Shown here piece by piece: positions 8,704 to 17,805 of a stretch of DNA of 64,000 nt. Position 1 is the stretch's first letter. Every line of letters begins with the position of its first letter. Location of the stretch: positions 89,104-153,103 of the IMG/VR virus record IMGVR_UViG_3300028666_000023. One strand, written 5' to 3'. The notes beneath the pieces are model-generated. The model saw only the letters and a program-made list of their open reading frames with translations, made no database searches and was not told where the DNA came from. Origin of the DNA: a virus. The position numbers and the translations under genes are program-made.

Positions 8704-9142
8704 CTTTGATCTCCTGAAGGTGGATGCATTCACGGCATGTCGGTGCGCGCACCTCGGCGTACGCATGCCGGATGCTCTTGCCGCAGAAGGCCTCGTACTC
8801 GTTCTTCTGTCGATGCCAGAAGTGATCGAGGCCAAGGCTGACGTTGAAGACCGGCGTGGTGGAGGGAACCGGCGATTCGGTTTGCGGCATCGTGCTCGGG
8901 AAGTCGCCCTCCACGAGTACGGTCACCTTCACCGGGAAGATCTCGTACTTCTTGGGAGAGACACTGCTGCCGAAGTACAACTTCGCGATGCTGAGCGCTT
9001 CTTCTCTGCTGCGAAGAAGCGAGCCCTTGCTGATGCGTTGTGCCGACAGATGCGATGGGCCCCAACTGCCGCCCATCTCGGTGATGAAGCCGCTGTCCAC
9101 GCGCAGAAGAAACCGCTCCTGGCTCCAGCTCTCTTTGCTCAT
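8669..9142 (-). CDS. hypothetical protein
   Basis: ORF in a coupled chain. Confidence 0.6.
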   Translation of the reverse strand: MSKESWSQERFLLRVDSGFITEMGGSWGPSHLSAQRISKGSLLRSREEALSIAKLYFGSSVSPKKYEIFPVKVTVLVEGDFPSTMPQTESPVPSTTPVFNVSLGLDHFWHRQKNEYEAFCGKSIRHAYAEVRAPTCRECIHLQEIKDALQKAAPKTR

Positions 9143-9379
9143 TTAGTACTCCCGCGGCTCTTCTGGCGTGTACAAGAAGCTGCTGCCCCACGGGATGGAG
9201 GGGTACGCCTGTTTGAAGAGCAGCTGCTTCATGAGGCGCTCGGCCGACTCCTTGCCCTCACGACGCTTGGAGTCCACCTCTTGGACGGCGTCCCAGTGGT
9301 CCTTGCAGAGAGGAATCTGGTCCACGGAGCCGTAGTACTTGCGCGAACACGCGATGCAGGCTTCGTCGTGGATGCTCAT
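9143..9379 (-). CDS. hypothetical Zn-finger protein
   Basis: CIAC...LCKDH. Confidence 0.55.
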   Translation of the reverse strand: MSIHDEACIACSRKYYGSVDQIPLCKDHWDAVQEVDSKRREGKESAERLMKQLLFKQAYPSIPWGSSFLYTPEEPREY

Positions 9380-9618
9380 CGGTGGATCAACCAGCTGGGC
9401 GCGGTGCCGCGCGCGTCGATGATGCGAGGTGCGATGCCGAAGACGCGGTGGCACCACTCCACGCCCTTGCCGGCCTGCATCTCGAGCTGCGCGACGGCGT
9501 CCGCCTCTTCACCGAGGAAGGGCAGACCCGCGAGTGGGATGGTCTCGTCGAGCTCGAACAAGATGGTGTCGGCGAGATCTGTTTTGCGAACCGTGACGCT
9601 CAAAACGTGGATGTTCAT
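9376..9618 (-). CDS. hypothetical protein
   Basis: GGAGG SD, coupled. Confidence 0.6.
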   Translation of the reverse strand: MNIHVLSVTVRKTDLADTILFELDETIPLAGLPFLGEEADAVAQLEMQAGKGVEWCHRVFGIAPRIIDARGTAPSWLIHR

Positions 9619-10001
9619 GTGACCTCCGGTGGATACCGCGTGCCCCCCGTCTTCTCAGGGTCGCACTCGGCGCATGTACACGTGTTCTTGGGCACGAGCC
9701 CATGGTTGATGCCGCGCGGGTTGTTGCACGGGCACCCATCGGCGATGCGATAGTTCTTGGGCATGATGAAGCGGTCGCAGCCTCGGCAACGCTTCAAGTC
9801 CTTGAGGTGACCCTCGAGGAAGTCCGCCCACTCCTGCGCGTGGTGATTCTGCGCGTAGACGGTGCGCATCTCTTTGATGGCCTCATCTGCGCGGTGAAGG
9901 TGCTCGGCGAGTTGTTCTCCCACCGAGCCAGGACACGGCATGTGGTCTCGGTGGTCATCAGGCGTGCGGAAGTTCTCCCCGCACGTGCATGTGTCGTTCA
10001 T
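9615..10001 (-). CDS. Cys-rich hypothetical protein
   Basis: Several CxC and CxxC motifs. Confidence 0.65.
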   Translation of the reverse strand: MNDTCTCGENFRTPDDHRDHMPCPGSVGEQLAEHLHRADEAIKEMRTVYAQNHHAQEWADFLEGHLKDLKRCRGCDRFIMPKNYRIADGCPCNNPRGINHGLVPKNTCTCAECDPEKTGGTRYPPEVT

Positions 10002-10759
10002 GTCTTTTTCCTCAGGAGGTTGCGAAGCCCGTCACGTAGCGGCAGGTAATCGCGATCGTCGAGGTACGCCGAAGCTTCACCGATGCATGCCTCGACGGCC
10101 TCGTCCCATTCCTTGTCTTTGATTTCCTTCGTCTGAATGCGCTCGCCCGTGCAGCCGTTACAAGCGCACACGCAGCTGTCGTCGTTGGTGCAACCGAACG
10201 ACCAAACTTCGCAGTGCGCCACCGGGGCAGCGCCCTCGATCGCCTTGATGGTCTCTTCACCGAGTGGCTTGCGCTCCGGGCAGCCCTTGAAGTGACGGCG
10301 AGGGTCCTTGGCCTGGATGTGCGGACATGTGCAGGTGCTCGACTTGAAGGCTTCGATCTTGGCGAGCGCCGCTTTGGCCGCATCATCGGGATGCTGCGGC
10401 GCGGTCTGGCCGCAGGAGATTTCGGTGAGCGCCACTTCCGCTACACCGATGGTGCGCCCATCGATGAAGGCTTGTACTTCCTTGCCCTGCTCGAAGGCAT
10501 TGCCCTCAATCTCACCGAGCGTCTTGCCGGGGCTCTTGCCCGTGCCGTTGCAGAGCGTGCAGGGCTCGTCGGTGTACTCCTTGGGCGGGAGCTTCTCGTT
10601 GAGGCGCGCGTAGACCTCGGGCGCCGCATCCTTGAGGGCCTCGAGCTTGTCGAAGGCCTCCACGAGTGGCCAGTTGCCCGAAGTGCCTGACCACCCACCC
10701 TGCTCGTACACGAGCCGAGCTGCGGGGATGAGCGCGTCGATGATGTTCTTGTCGTTCAT
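9998..10759 (-). CDS. hypothetical multi-Zn-finger protein
   Basis: CTLCNGTG, CTCPH...HFKGC, CVCACNGC. Confidence 0.7.
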   Translation of the reverse strand: MNDKNIIDALIPAARLVYEQGGWSGTSGNWPLVEAFDKLEALKDAAPEVYARLNEKLPPKEYTDEPCTLCNGTGKSPGKTLGEIEGNAFEQGKEVQAFIDGRTIGVAEVALTEISCGQTAPQHPDDAAKAALAKIEAFKSSTCTCPHIQAKDPRRHFKGCPERKPLGEETIKAIEGAAPVAHCEVWSFGCTNDDSCVCACNGCTGERIQTKEIKDKEWDEAVEACIGEASAYLDDRDYLPLRDGLRNLLRKKT

Positions 10760-10761
10760 GT

Positions 10762-11029
10762 TCAACTCCTGATGGTCTCGGTGAGCGTCGGAAGGACGGG
10801 GCGCTCGCGCGTCCCGTAGATCATGCGCAGCTTCACCTGCGTGCCGAAGGGATGCGCTTTAGAGGGGAGCATGAGGCCGGCGAGGATGACCTTCACCAGG
10901 TACGAGTCCCCGTACTTGTCCCTCAGTCGCCTGACTTCAGTCGCGAAGCCGACGATCTCCTTTGCTTGCTTGCTTGCGCATCGTTCGCAGAGAGACCGGG
11001 CTCTTTTTCTTTTTCGTCTTCATGCTCAT
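10762..11029 (-). pseudogene. hypothetical gene frameshifted at a (GCAA)4 repeat
   Basis: Removing one GCAA unit (10962-10977) gives an 87-aa ORF coupled to both neighbours. Confidence 0.6.
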
Positions 11030-11355
11030 CTCCGTTTGGGCCTGAGGTTGTAGCCATGCTTCTCGGCGAGCGACTTGAGCATCGCAACCTCGGTGTCGCG
11101 GTACCCGAGATGCAAGCCGCTGATGGGCGTGCCCATGTTGCCTCCAATGAGGACGGGCACGAGTTGATCTGCGTGGTGCGTCTCGATGACGTGCGCCGCA
11201 TTCACGTGGTTGAGCGCGGGCACTTCGATCATCGTCTTCGTGCCGAGCAGCATGGGCTGCGCGCATGCCTTTGCGAGGTTCTCGCCGAACGCGGGGTCTC
11301 TCATGATGGCCGAGAGCGCGTCGTTGAGAACTACTACCGTTGTGTTGTACCCCAT
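11026..11355 (-). CDS. hypothetical phage protein
   Basis: MGYNTTVVVLNDAL...; typical codon usage. Confidence 0.7.
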   Translation of the reverse strand: MGYNTTVVVLNDALSAIMRDPAFGENLAKACAQPMLLGTKTMIEVPALNHVNAAHVIETHHADQLVPVLIGGNMGTPISGLHLGYRDTEVAMLKSLAEKHGYNLRPKRR

Positions 11356-11835
11356 CTATTTCTTGTCCTTGTCACCGAGGAGCTTGTCGAGATCTTCTTG
11401 TGCACGCTCTTGACCGCGCTCGTGTGCGAGGTCGAGCAGCGCACCCTTGTACGCATCCTCGTAGCGCGCGTTCACCGCCTTCTTGAGCGCCTCAGGCAGC
11501 TTCTTGTCGAGGTTCTTCTCCTCCGCTTTGAGGTAGCGCTCCATGAGGACCTGCGCGCGCTTCTGAGCGGTCGCCTCGACCAGCTTGGCGATCGGCGAGT
11601 TCCACTTCACCTCCACGCGACTGAAGGCTTCGTCGATGCCCACCGCACGATCGATCGCGGAGTTCAGGAGTCGCTCGAGGCGACTGTGGACATACGAATG
11701 GATGCGGTGGTCGTCGCCGAGGTGCGCTGCAACCCATTCATGCGCCGCGGCGAGCAGAGCTCGACGGACACGCGCGGGTAGAACTTCTTCGTCCGGCTTG
11801 GCCGGCTTCTCTTTCTTTTCTTCGAACAGTCCCAT
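11356..11835 (-). CDS. hypothetical alpha-helical protein
   Basis: ATG 11835 with GAGG SD. Confidence 0.65.
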   Translation of the reverse strand: MGLFEEKKEKPAKPDEEVLPARVRRALLAAAHEWVAAHLGDDHRIHSYVHSRLERLLNSAIDRAVGIDEAFSRVEVKWNSPIAKLVEATAQKRAQVLMERYLKAEEKNLDKKLPEALKKAVNARYEDAYKGALLDLAHERGQERAQEDLDKLLGDKDKK

Positions 11836-11842
11836 GTGGACC

Positions 11843-12226
11843 TCACGGAATCGTAGGTTTCTGTTTGTGCTTCTTCGCACGCGGCGCTTCTGGAAGCGCG
11901 CGGTTCAACGTGTCTTGGTAGCGGCGGTTACGACGCGCCTGCTCTTGTAGTCGGTCCACGTCGAGGTAGACCTCGGGCGTGGTGGAGAGCGATCGCATGC
12001 GTCCCTCTTTGGGCTTCCAGTCCGGCGTGACCTTCAGCACGGGTAGATCGCTCTTGGGTGCGCGCGTCTCGAAGAACTCGGGGTGCATGAGCTCAACGAC
12101 GATGCGATGGCAGCACGTGCCCACCCAGATCTTGAGGCCATCGGGCAAGGTGAGACGAAAGACGGCAGCGCGCTTGATGCCACACGCCCAGCATGTGCTG
12201 TCGTCCTTCTCGTCCTTAGTCGGCAT
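11843..12226 (-). CDS. hypothetical protein
   Basis: MPTKDEK...CWACG...CCH. Confidence 0.6.
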   Translation of the reverse strand: MPTKDEKDDSTCWACGIKRAAVFRLTLPDGLKIWVGTCCHRIVVELMHPEFFETRAPKSDLPVLKVTPDWKPKEGRMRSLSTTPEVYLDVDRLQEQARRNRRYQDTLNRALPEAPRAKKHKQKPTIP

Positions 12227-12677
12227 CGAACTTCTCTGGGGGGATCTCTGCCCAATCGCAGCCGCACGTGTAGCACTGGTAGTGCATGTGCACGCAGTCG
12301 AGATCTCCGTTTGCGGTGCATTGCGAGTCGGACTGGCGGAAGTGGGCGGAGTCCAAATCCAAGGTGTGCGGGCCGACGTGACGCCCTCGGAAACGGATGT
12401 CGTGATCACTGTGGCAACGAGGGCATTCATCCTGCGGGTTGTAGAGCCAACCCTTTTCTTCTTCGGGTTCTACCGTCGCCGGTGCTCCGGGCGAGCTGCC
12501 CGAGCGATACGGATGACCAGAGACGGGCTCCTCGGTGTCCGCATCCTCCTCTTCGAACTCTTCTTGGGCTGCTTTGCGCCCGTCCCTGAAGCCGAGCCAT
12601 CGAGAGAGTATGACGCCGGGCAGAGCGGCTACAATTCCCGCCGCCAGCTCCATCAGCTCGAACTCGAAGTTGATCAT
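12216..12677 (-). CDS. membrane-anchored Zn-ribbon protein with PYR motif
   Basis: N-terminal TM, GHPYRS, CPRC...CYTC. Confidence 0.65.
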   Translation of the reverse strand: MINFEFELMELAAGIVAALPGVILSRWLGFRDGRKAAQEEFEEEDADTEEPVSGHPYRSGSSPGAPATVEPEEEKGWLYNPQDECPRCHSDHDIRFRGRHVGPHTLDLDSAHFRQSDSQCTANGDLDCVHMHYQCYTCGCDWAEIPPEKFDAD

Positions 12678-13045
12678 GCGTCTCTCCGATGTGCCGTTCG
12701 CAGGAAGCGGATGAACCTGTTCTTGTCGTCGAACTCGGCACTGATGAAGCCCGCCTTGTTGGTCTCGGGGTCGAGGCCCACGAGCCCATTGAGAAGACCG
12801 AGCAGACCGAGCTCGCTCCAATCGGTGCCGCGCGGCGCCGAGTCTTCAACGTAGACGGTCTGGATGCGCTCGTGCTTCGCCGTTGCCACCGAACACTTGA
12901 TGCGCTCTTCGATCAACTTGCCGATGTCCTCTTTGATGTCGATGTGCTCGTTGCAGAGCATGTTGAGCCGCGCGATGAGCTCGTCGGCCAACTCCTCATC
13001 TTGCACGGCGGGCACGGTTCGGCGCACTCGGTTGTTCTTTCCCAT
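12674..13045 (-). CDS. hypothetical phage protein
   Basis: MGKNNR; GAGGAGG SD; LGLLGLLNGLVG motif. Confidence 0.65.
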   Translation of the reverse strand: MGKNNRVRRTVPAVQDEELADELIARLNMLCNEHIDIKEDIGKLIEERIKCSVATAKHERIQTVYVEDSAPRGTDWSELGLLGLLNGLVGLDPETNKAGFISAEFDDKNRFIRFLRTAHRRDA

Positions 13046-13445
13046 TGTCTTCCTCCTCACGGAACCAGTTGTAGTGATCGAGCCACCGATGATGTCGCTC
13101 CATGTCGCCCTTCTTACTGGGCTCGACGATGCCCACCATTGCAAGGCCAAGGCGCGTGCCCGGTAGGCGGATGCGCTCTTGGAAGTCGTTGGCGACGGCA
13201 ACGCGTGCCATCTCCCACGTAGGCACGGAGGACAGGCGCATCAACGTCCACGCTGCATTGCATTCGCGGCAGATGGGCTCCTTCGTCTCGACGTCCATCG
13301 GACACTGCACCACCAGAGTGGATTGAAGCGGTTGCACCGTCTCGTTGCGAATCTTGCCTTGCTGCGCAAGCCGCATGCACTTGGGGCAGGGCGGAAGAAT
13401 CTCTTCTTCCAGTTGTTCTTTCACACGTTTTTCCAGGGAAGGCAT
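12996..13445 (-). CDS. hypothetical Zn-finger protein
   Basis: CPKC...CREC; first gene after terminator and GGAATAAG (13466-13473). Confidence 0.7.
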   Translation of the reverse strand: MPSLEKRVKEQLEEEILPPCPKCMRLAQQGKIRNETVQPLQSTLVVQCPMDVETKEPICRECNAAWTLMRLSSVPTWEMARVAVANDFQERIRLPGTRLGLAMVGIVEPSKKGDMERHHRWLDHYNWFREEEDNGKEQPSAPNRARRAR

Positions 13446-13491
13446 GTATTACTTCCTCCAGATTCCTTATTCCTCGCTCGAGTGGGTAGCT

Positions 13492-13516
13492 AAAAGAAAG
13501 GGCGCCGAAGCGCCCT
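13492..13516 (-). terminator. intrinsic terminator
   Basis: AGGGCGC-TTCG-GCGCCCT-TTCTTTT. Confidence 0.8.
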
Positions 13517-13519
13517 CCC

Positions 13520-13963
13520 TCACCCCACCCAAGTACGGGCGGCCGCCTCGTCGATTAGGCGAACAAAACGAGCCTGCCCATTCCCCTCAGTGGAAACGGT
13601 CAGAAAGCCCACCTCTCCCTGAAGACGGATGAGGAGTAGACGAAACGTGGTGGACTTCATCTGCAGCTCATCGGCCAGCGATGTGGTCAACTTTCCAATG
13701 GAGGGCTGCGCGCATGCGAGAAGAATCCGTACCAGGGCTTTTGCTTTTTTCTGGTACGTCCCTTCTCCAATGCGACGGTTGATGACTCGCTCACGCTTTG
13801 TGGTGTCGCTCGGTTGGCTCTGTGCCGCGGTGTACACACGCTCTAGGAGTAATCTCTCCAACAGAGCGATCACGCGCTCTTGTTGGGAAGACAACGTGTC
13901 GAGGCGTTGTAGTACCTCATCGCCAAAGGCGAAGAGGCTACCCTCACTCTTGGATTTGGGCAT
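13520..13963 (-). CDS. putative winged-HTH DNA-binding protein
   Basis: C-terminal LADELQMKSTTFRLLLIRLQGEVGFL resembles wHTH; coupled to the ParB-like gene. Confidence 0.5.
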   Translation of the reverse strand: MPKSKSEGSLFAFGDEVLQRLDTLSSQQERVIALLERLLLERVYTAAQSQPSDTTKRERVINRRIGEGTYQKKAKALVRILLACAQPSIGKLTTSLADELQMKSTTFRLLLIRLQGEVGFLTVSTEGNGQARFVRLIDEAAARTWVG

Positions 13964-14868
13964 CAGCTCACCCACGGAGGGTCGGGGAAGTAGATACGGC
14001 TAGTGCCGAGATCTTCGCGCAGCCGTGGGAGCATCACCTTCTTCATGCGCGTGTATGCTGGTGAGCGGGAATGGTCGCTGAGGTTTCGCGAGACCAACCA
14101 GTCTAGGTACGCGCCGTTGCTGGAAAGGGTCGAGAGAGCGCGGCCGAATTGCTGCTTGGTGAGCTCCGTCGTGCGCTCCGTATACGTATCCAGAACCATG
14201 TTCCGATAGAGCCACATGCACATGGTGAGGTTCAGGCCCGCCCAAAGCCTCGCGTACTCCGGATCGCGACCCCAGGCCGCGTGCGCCAGCCGCAAGAAGT
14301 CGATAAGGTCTTTGGCGGAGGCAGCTTGCAGTTGTGCAGCCACATGAACGGAGGCACTTCCACCCGAGACGGGGGTCTCAGCTGAAGATGCCATCCAATT
14401 ACGGAGGAGCTTACTCATGCTGATGATGGGAGAGCTTCCGTTTCGGCGAATGTGGTCGTAACCCACAAAGGGACAGTGTCGCCTAATCTCCAGCAGTACC
14501 GGCAGCGTGAGCTCCAGCGCCCTGAGCTTGTCGTCGGGTCGGATGTTCACGAGGTGCTGGTTCACCCGGAAGAATTCTTCGCCGATCTCCCCCATTGAGC
14601 TGAAGTGGACGAAGCGGACGTCTGCTCTGATCGGGGGTGATCCCGCCATCGACCAAGCCTCGAGACGGTGCTGCGCGTCCACGAGGTAAAGCACATCGTT
14701 GAGGACGCCGATGTGAATTATCCCCGGGAACTCGAGCTCGGAACGGATTTGGTCGGAAACTTCTCGCACCTTTGCGTTGTTGGTGAAGGGGCGTTGGATG
14801 GGCGGCTTCAACCAGTTGCCCACAACATCGGGGGTGAGGAGGACTTTCCTCAGCTCAGTTTTGTGCAT
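13963..14868 (-). CDS. ParB/sulfiredoxin-like N-terminal domain protein
   Basis: QRP...YLVDAQHRLEA (variant of DGQHRL). Confidence 0.7.
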   Translation of the reverse strand: MHKTELRKVLLTPDVVGNWLKPPIQRPFTNNAKVREVSDQIRSELEFPGIIHIGVLNDVLYLVDAQHRLEAWSMAGSPPIRADVRFVHFSSMGEIGEEFFRVNQHLVNIRPDDKLRALELTLPVLLEIRRHCPFVGYDHIRRNGSSPIISMSKLLRNWMASSAETPVSGGSASVHVAAQLQAASAKDLIDFLRLAHAAWGRDPEYARLWAGLNLTMCMWLYRNMVLDTYTERTTELTKQQFGRALSTLSSNGAYLDWLVSRNLSDHSRSPAYTRMKKVMLPRLREDLGTSRIYFPDPPWVS

Positions 14869-14943
14869 GATGAATAGACTCTCGCTTGAGTAACTGCTAT
14901 CGGAATCCGAAACTCTTATTACGACGCGTTGTAGTTTTTTAGA

Positions 14944-15384
14944 CTACTGAGGTACTTCTTCCTCCGCGACGACGGCATCTGACTTCTCTGGATGCAACGG
15001 TCCGTACAACGTCTTGAACAACGTCATGAGCGCCTTGTCGTCGAAGCGCTCGAAGCCTTCCTTCTTGTGCTGCTCGAAGTCGCGCGAGACTGCGTACTCG
15101 AGGTTCTGTCGGCGGACGCGCTTCACGTGCTCTTCCGTCCACGGCTCGGCATGCGTGAAGTCGTAGTGGTTCGTCGTGTGGAGACCGCCGTTCTTGTCCC
15201 AGACGCGCCACGTGCGCTTGGCTTTGGGGTCCGGCTTGTTCTCCCTGCCGAGCGAGATGAGACCACCGCGTACGCTCGTCACGTACATGACGCCATCGAT
15301 GCGCTCTTTCCTGTCGCGGCCCAGATAGGCGCGCGAGAGAATTGCGAACTTGTCGCCCACCTTGGGTAGTTTCTCTTCTGCCAT
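14944..15384 (-). CDS. hypothetical protein
   Basis: MAEEKLPKVGD; GGAGGAG SD. Confidence 0.6.
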   Translation of the reverse strand: MAEEKLPKVGDKFAILSRAYLGRDRKERIDGVMYVTSVRGGLISLGRENKPDPKAKRTWRVWDKNGGLHTTNHYDFTHAEPWTEEHVKRVRRQNLEYAVSRDFEQHKKEGFERFDDKALMTLFKTLYGPLHPEKSDAVVAEEEVPQ

Positions 15385-15758
15385 TACGGATGATCTCCTC
15401 CACACAGAGTGCAGCGGTCGCGCAGCTCAGAAATGCTGTGGCGCGCTCCATGCGCGTAGCCGCCGAGCCCGCGCAGGCATTTCGAACAATCCCACCACTC
15501 GCACTCGTCGTAGCTGGGACAGCCCGCGGTGTCGGTAGGATGGGGCTCGGTGCACTTCTCCACTCGAAGCCACGGACCCCACTCGCCATAGTCGCCGTGC
15601 GGCGCATGCGGACCGGGAGGGAGCCAGTGGCGCTCCCAGTGTCCTCCAAGGCGCTTGCGCGCGAAACGAAAGAAGCGAAGGCGCCACAGCAGGCCCTTCA
15701 TCCAAACAGTGACGCTGTTCGGCTTCTCGAGAGCGTTCTCTCGATACGGAGACGTCAT
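15384..15758 (-). CDS. hypothetical protein with N-terminal PYR motif
   Basis: MTSPYRENALEKP; CSKC...CTLC. Confidence 0.6.
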   Translation of the reverse strand: MTSPYRENALEKPNSVTVWMKGLLWRLRFFRFARKRLGGHWERHWLPPGPHAPHGDYGEWGPWLRVEKCTEPHPTDTAGCPSYDECEWWDCSKCLRGLGGYAHGARHSISELRDRCTLCGGDHP

Positions 15759-16276
15759 GGTGCCTCGTTGTTGTTCTTTCCGATGAGCCTGAGCGGCTCG
15801 AAGTTGTAGATGTAGACGGCGTACTCCTTCAAGACGCCATCCAGCAGCTTCACGATCTTCGGCCACTCCCCACCTGCCAGTCCCGAGCCGAGCTTCGGCG
15901 CATGGATGGACGGAGGCTGAGGGAACGCGCCCGCGAGCTGCTTCACGGAGCGTAGACAACACGCGAGCGCCTCGTACGAGAGAGGCACTGGGTTGTCGTC
16001 GGACTTGTAGCCCTTCTGCGCAAGCATGTTCACGACGATGTGCTGGTCATCGACGCGCACGGGTTGGATGTTCCCGAGCTTGAACTCGCCGCCGTACATG
16101 TCCGCGCCGGTGCGATGCCACTCCCGGTAGGAGTGTTCGGCCCTCGGCCAGCGGCGGGAGAGGCTTCCTACAAAACCACGGCCCCATCCCCCGACGTCGT
16201 TGACCACATGTATGATCAAGCGCTCCGTACTTCCGTATTCAGGTTGTGTTGCATCCCCTGTCACGTAGATGATCAT
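15755..16276 (-). CDS. Macro domain protein (Appr-1-p processing / Poa1p-like)
   Basis: YVTGDAT...IIHVVNDVGGWGRGF...IHAPKLGSGLAGGEW. Confidence 0.9.
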   Translation of the reverse strand: MIIYVTGDATQPEYGSTERLIIHVVNDVGGWGRGFVGSLSRRWPRAEHSYREWHRTGADMYGGEFKLGNIQPVRVDDQHIVVNMLAQKGYKSDDNPVPLSYEALACCLRSVKQLAGAFPQPPSIHAPKLGSGLAGGEWPKIVKLLDGVLKEYAVYIYNFEPLRLIGKNNNEAP

Positions 16277-16859
16277 CAGCCTCCACCACTCTCCTGCACC
16301 ACATCACGAAGTCCTCCACGCTAGAAGTGTGCTTCATGACGTTGATGCGTTTGTGCACCCACTGCACATTTCCTTCAACGTAGCCTTTACTTGATTCAAT
16401 ACGATCGATCGAAGCAGTGGTCAGGGAGTTCTTTGCGTTCACCCCAAAGACCAGCGGCACACCTGAAAGGGCGCACTTCCTTTCCTGCTTCTCGAAGAGG
16501 GACCAGGCGTACTCCATGGTGATGCTGAATTCGATGCCGCGTTCTTTGGCACCGGCTTGGTAGCCCCGCCAAAAATGTGATCGGATCTCCTTGTATCCCT
16601 TGAAGCCCTTGTTCTTCTCACCGGTCGTCTTCTCGTAGCGAGCCTTGCTGCAACCACACGAGCGTGTAGCGCCACTTAGCAAGGAACCGATGCGAATGTC
16701 CTTGCTCTTGCCGCAGTCGCAAGAGCATGCCGCCACATAGATCCAGGTACCCGGCTTCGCCGCAGGGACGTGGAGGAGCTCCTTTACCGCCAAGAGCCCG
16801 AACCGCCGACCAATCAGATGCGTCGGTGGACGAGCACTACTTCCGCCTTTTCCTGCCAT
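16239..16859 (-). CDS. HNH-type homing endonuclease
   Basis: LIGRRFGLL...CDCG...SCGC N-terminal domain; CALSG...SIDRIESSKGYVEGNVQWVHKRIN. Confidence 0.85.
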   Translation of the reverse strand: MAGKGGSSARPPTHLIGRRFGLLAVKELLHVPAAKPGTWIYVAACSCDCGKSKDIRIGSLLSGATRSCGCSKARYEKTTGEKNKGFKGYKEIRSHFWRGYQAGAKERGIEFSITMEYAWSLFEKQERKCALSGVPLVFGVNAKNSLTTASIDRIESSKGYVEGNVQWVHKRINVMKHTSSVEDFVMWCRRVVEADDHLRDRGCNTT

Positions 16860-16890
16860 GCATTCACATTAGCAGGAACCCAGGTGGGCG

Positions 16891-17400
16891 TCACCTGGGT
16901 TCGGCCTTCCGCTTTACTCGTCCGCGCATCTTTCGAAGCTGCTCTTCCACCCAGTCGATGGTGCTCATCGACACGACCTCGTCACAGTTGGCGATGAGGA
17001 GACCGCCGCCAAAGGCATCGTGCTGCGGCTTGCTGCAGGTGTTGGCCCACTCGAACGCGAAGCACTCCTCAGGGTCCTTCTTGAAGTGCTTGTAGTACGC
17101 CTGAACGATGCGCCCGACGAGATGCGGGTCGCCGTTCTCTTCGAAGGCCTCGAACCACACCTCGGTCTCACGAACCACCCAGGTGCAGAAGACCTGCGCC
17201 TCGCTGCCGTCGTAGACCTCACATGCGAGCTTGCCCATTGCTGTCTTGGGCTCGCCCTTCTCGTTGAAGTCGTGGTTCTCGGTGGAGTAATCGCTGAGGA
17301 CGAGCGCGTTCACGCAGGTGCAGAGGGCATCAACCCACTTCACCTGCTCTGGCGAGTCCACAACGAGCGCCGTACTGAATTGCGTGTAGTAGTCAGCCAT
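16891..17400 (-). CDS. hypothetical protein
   Basis: MADYYTQFS...; GAGG SD. Confidence 0.75.
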   Translation of the reverse strand: MADYYTQFSTALVVDSPEQVKWVDALCTCVNALVLSDYSTENHDFNEKGEPKTAMGKLACEVYDGSEAQVFCTWVVRETEVWFEAFEENGDPHLVGRIVQAYYKHFKKDPEECFAFEWANTCSKPQHDAFGGGLLIANCDEVVSMSTIDWVEEQLRKMRGRVKRKAEPR

Positions 17401-17412
17401 GTGGTGCCTCGC

Positions 17413-17796
17413 TCAGGTGAACTGCTCGAATTCCGTGCAGAGCTTTGCCCAATCGACTGCGTCCCAGTCGAAGGTCATAGCGGCCGTCTTCTGTGAGCGC
17501 ACGTAGGACTCCTGACCCGCCTTGCTGAGAAGAGCGCGGAGGTCGTGTGGAATGAACGCGTCGCCGGGCTGGCCTGCACTTCGCGTGGGTGCCTGCACGC
17601 AAAGCACCGTGAGGAGCGGGAGCCCTGCTGCGTGGCAGATGTCGCGGATGTAGCAGAGCTGGTTGAGCCCGAGGCCGATGGGCGCGATGTTGAGCGCTTT
17701 GCCGACCTCGCCGTACGTGCACGTGCGCCACTCGCGCGCGCACTTGGTCAAGAACTTGTAGACCGGGTCTGTCTTCGCTGGCTTCTTCTTGGGCAT
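17413..17796 (-). CDS. MGMT/ATase-like winged-helix DNA-binding protein
   Basis: TYGEVGKALN...GLPLLTVLCV...PGDAF. Confidence 0.55.
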   Translation of the reverse strand: MPKKKPAKTDPVYKFLTKCAREWRTCTYGEVGKALNIAPIGLGLNQLCYIRDICHAAGLPLLTVLCVQAPTRSAGQPGDAFIPHDLRALLSKAGQESYVRSQKTAAMTFDWDAVDWAKLCTEFEQFT

Positions 17797-17805
17797 GTTG
17801 TTCTC

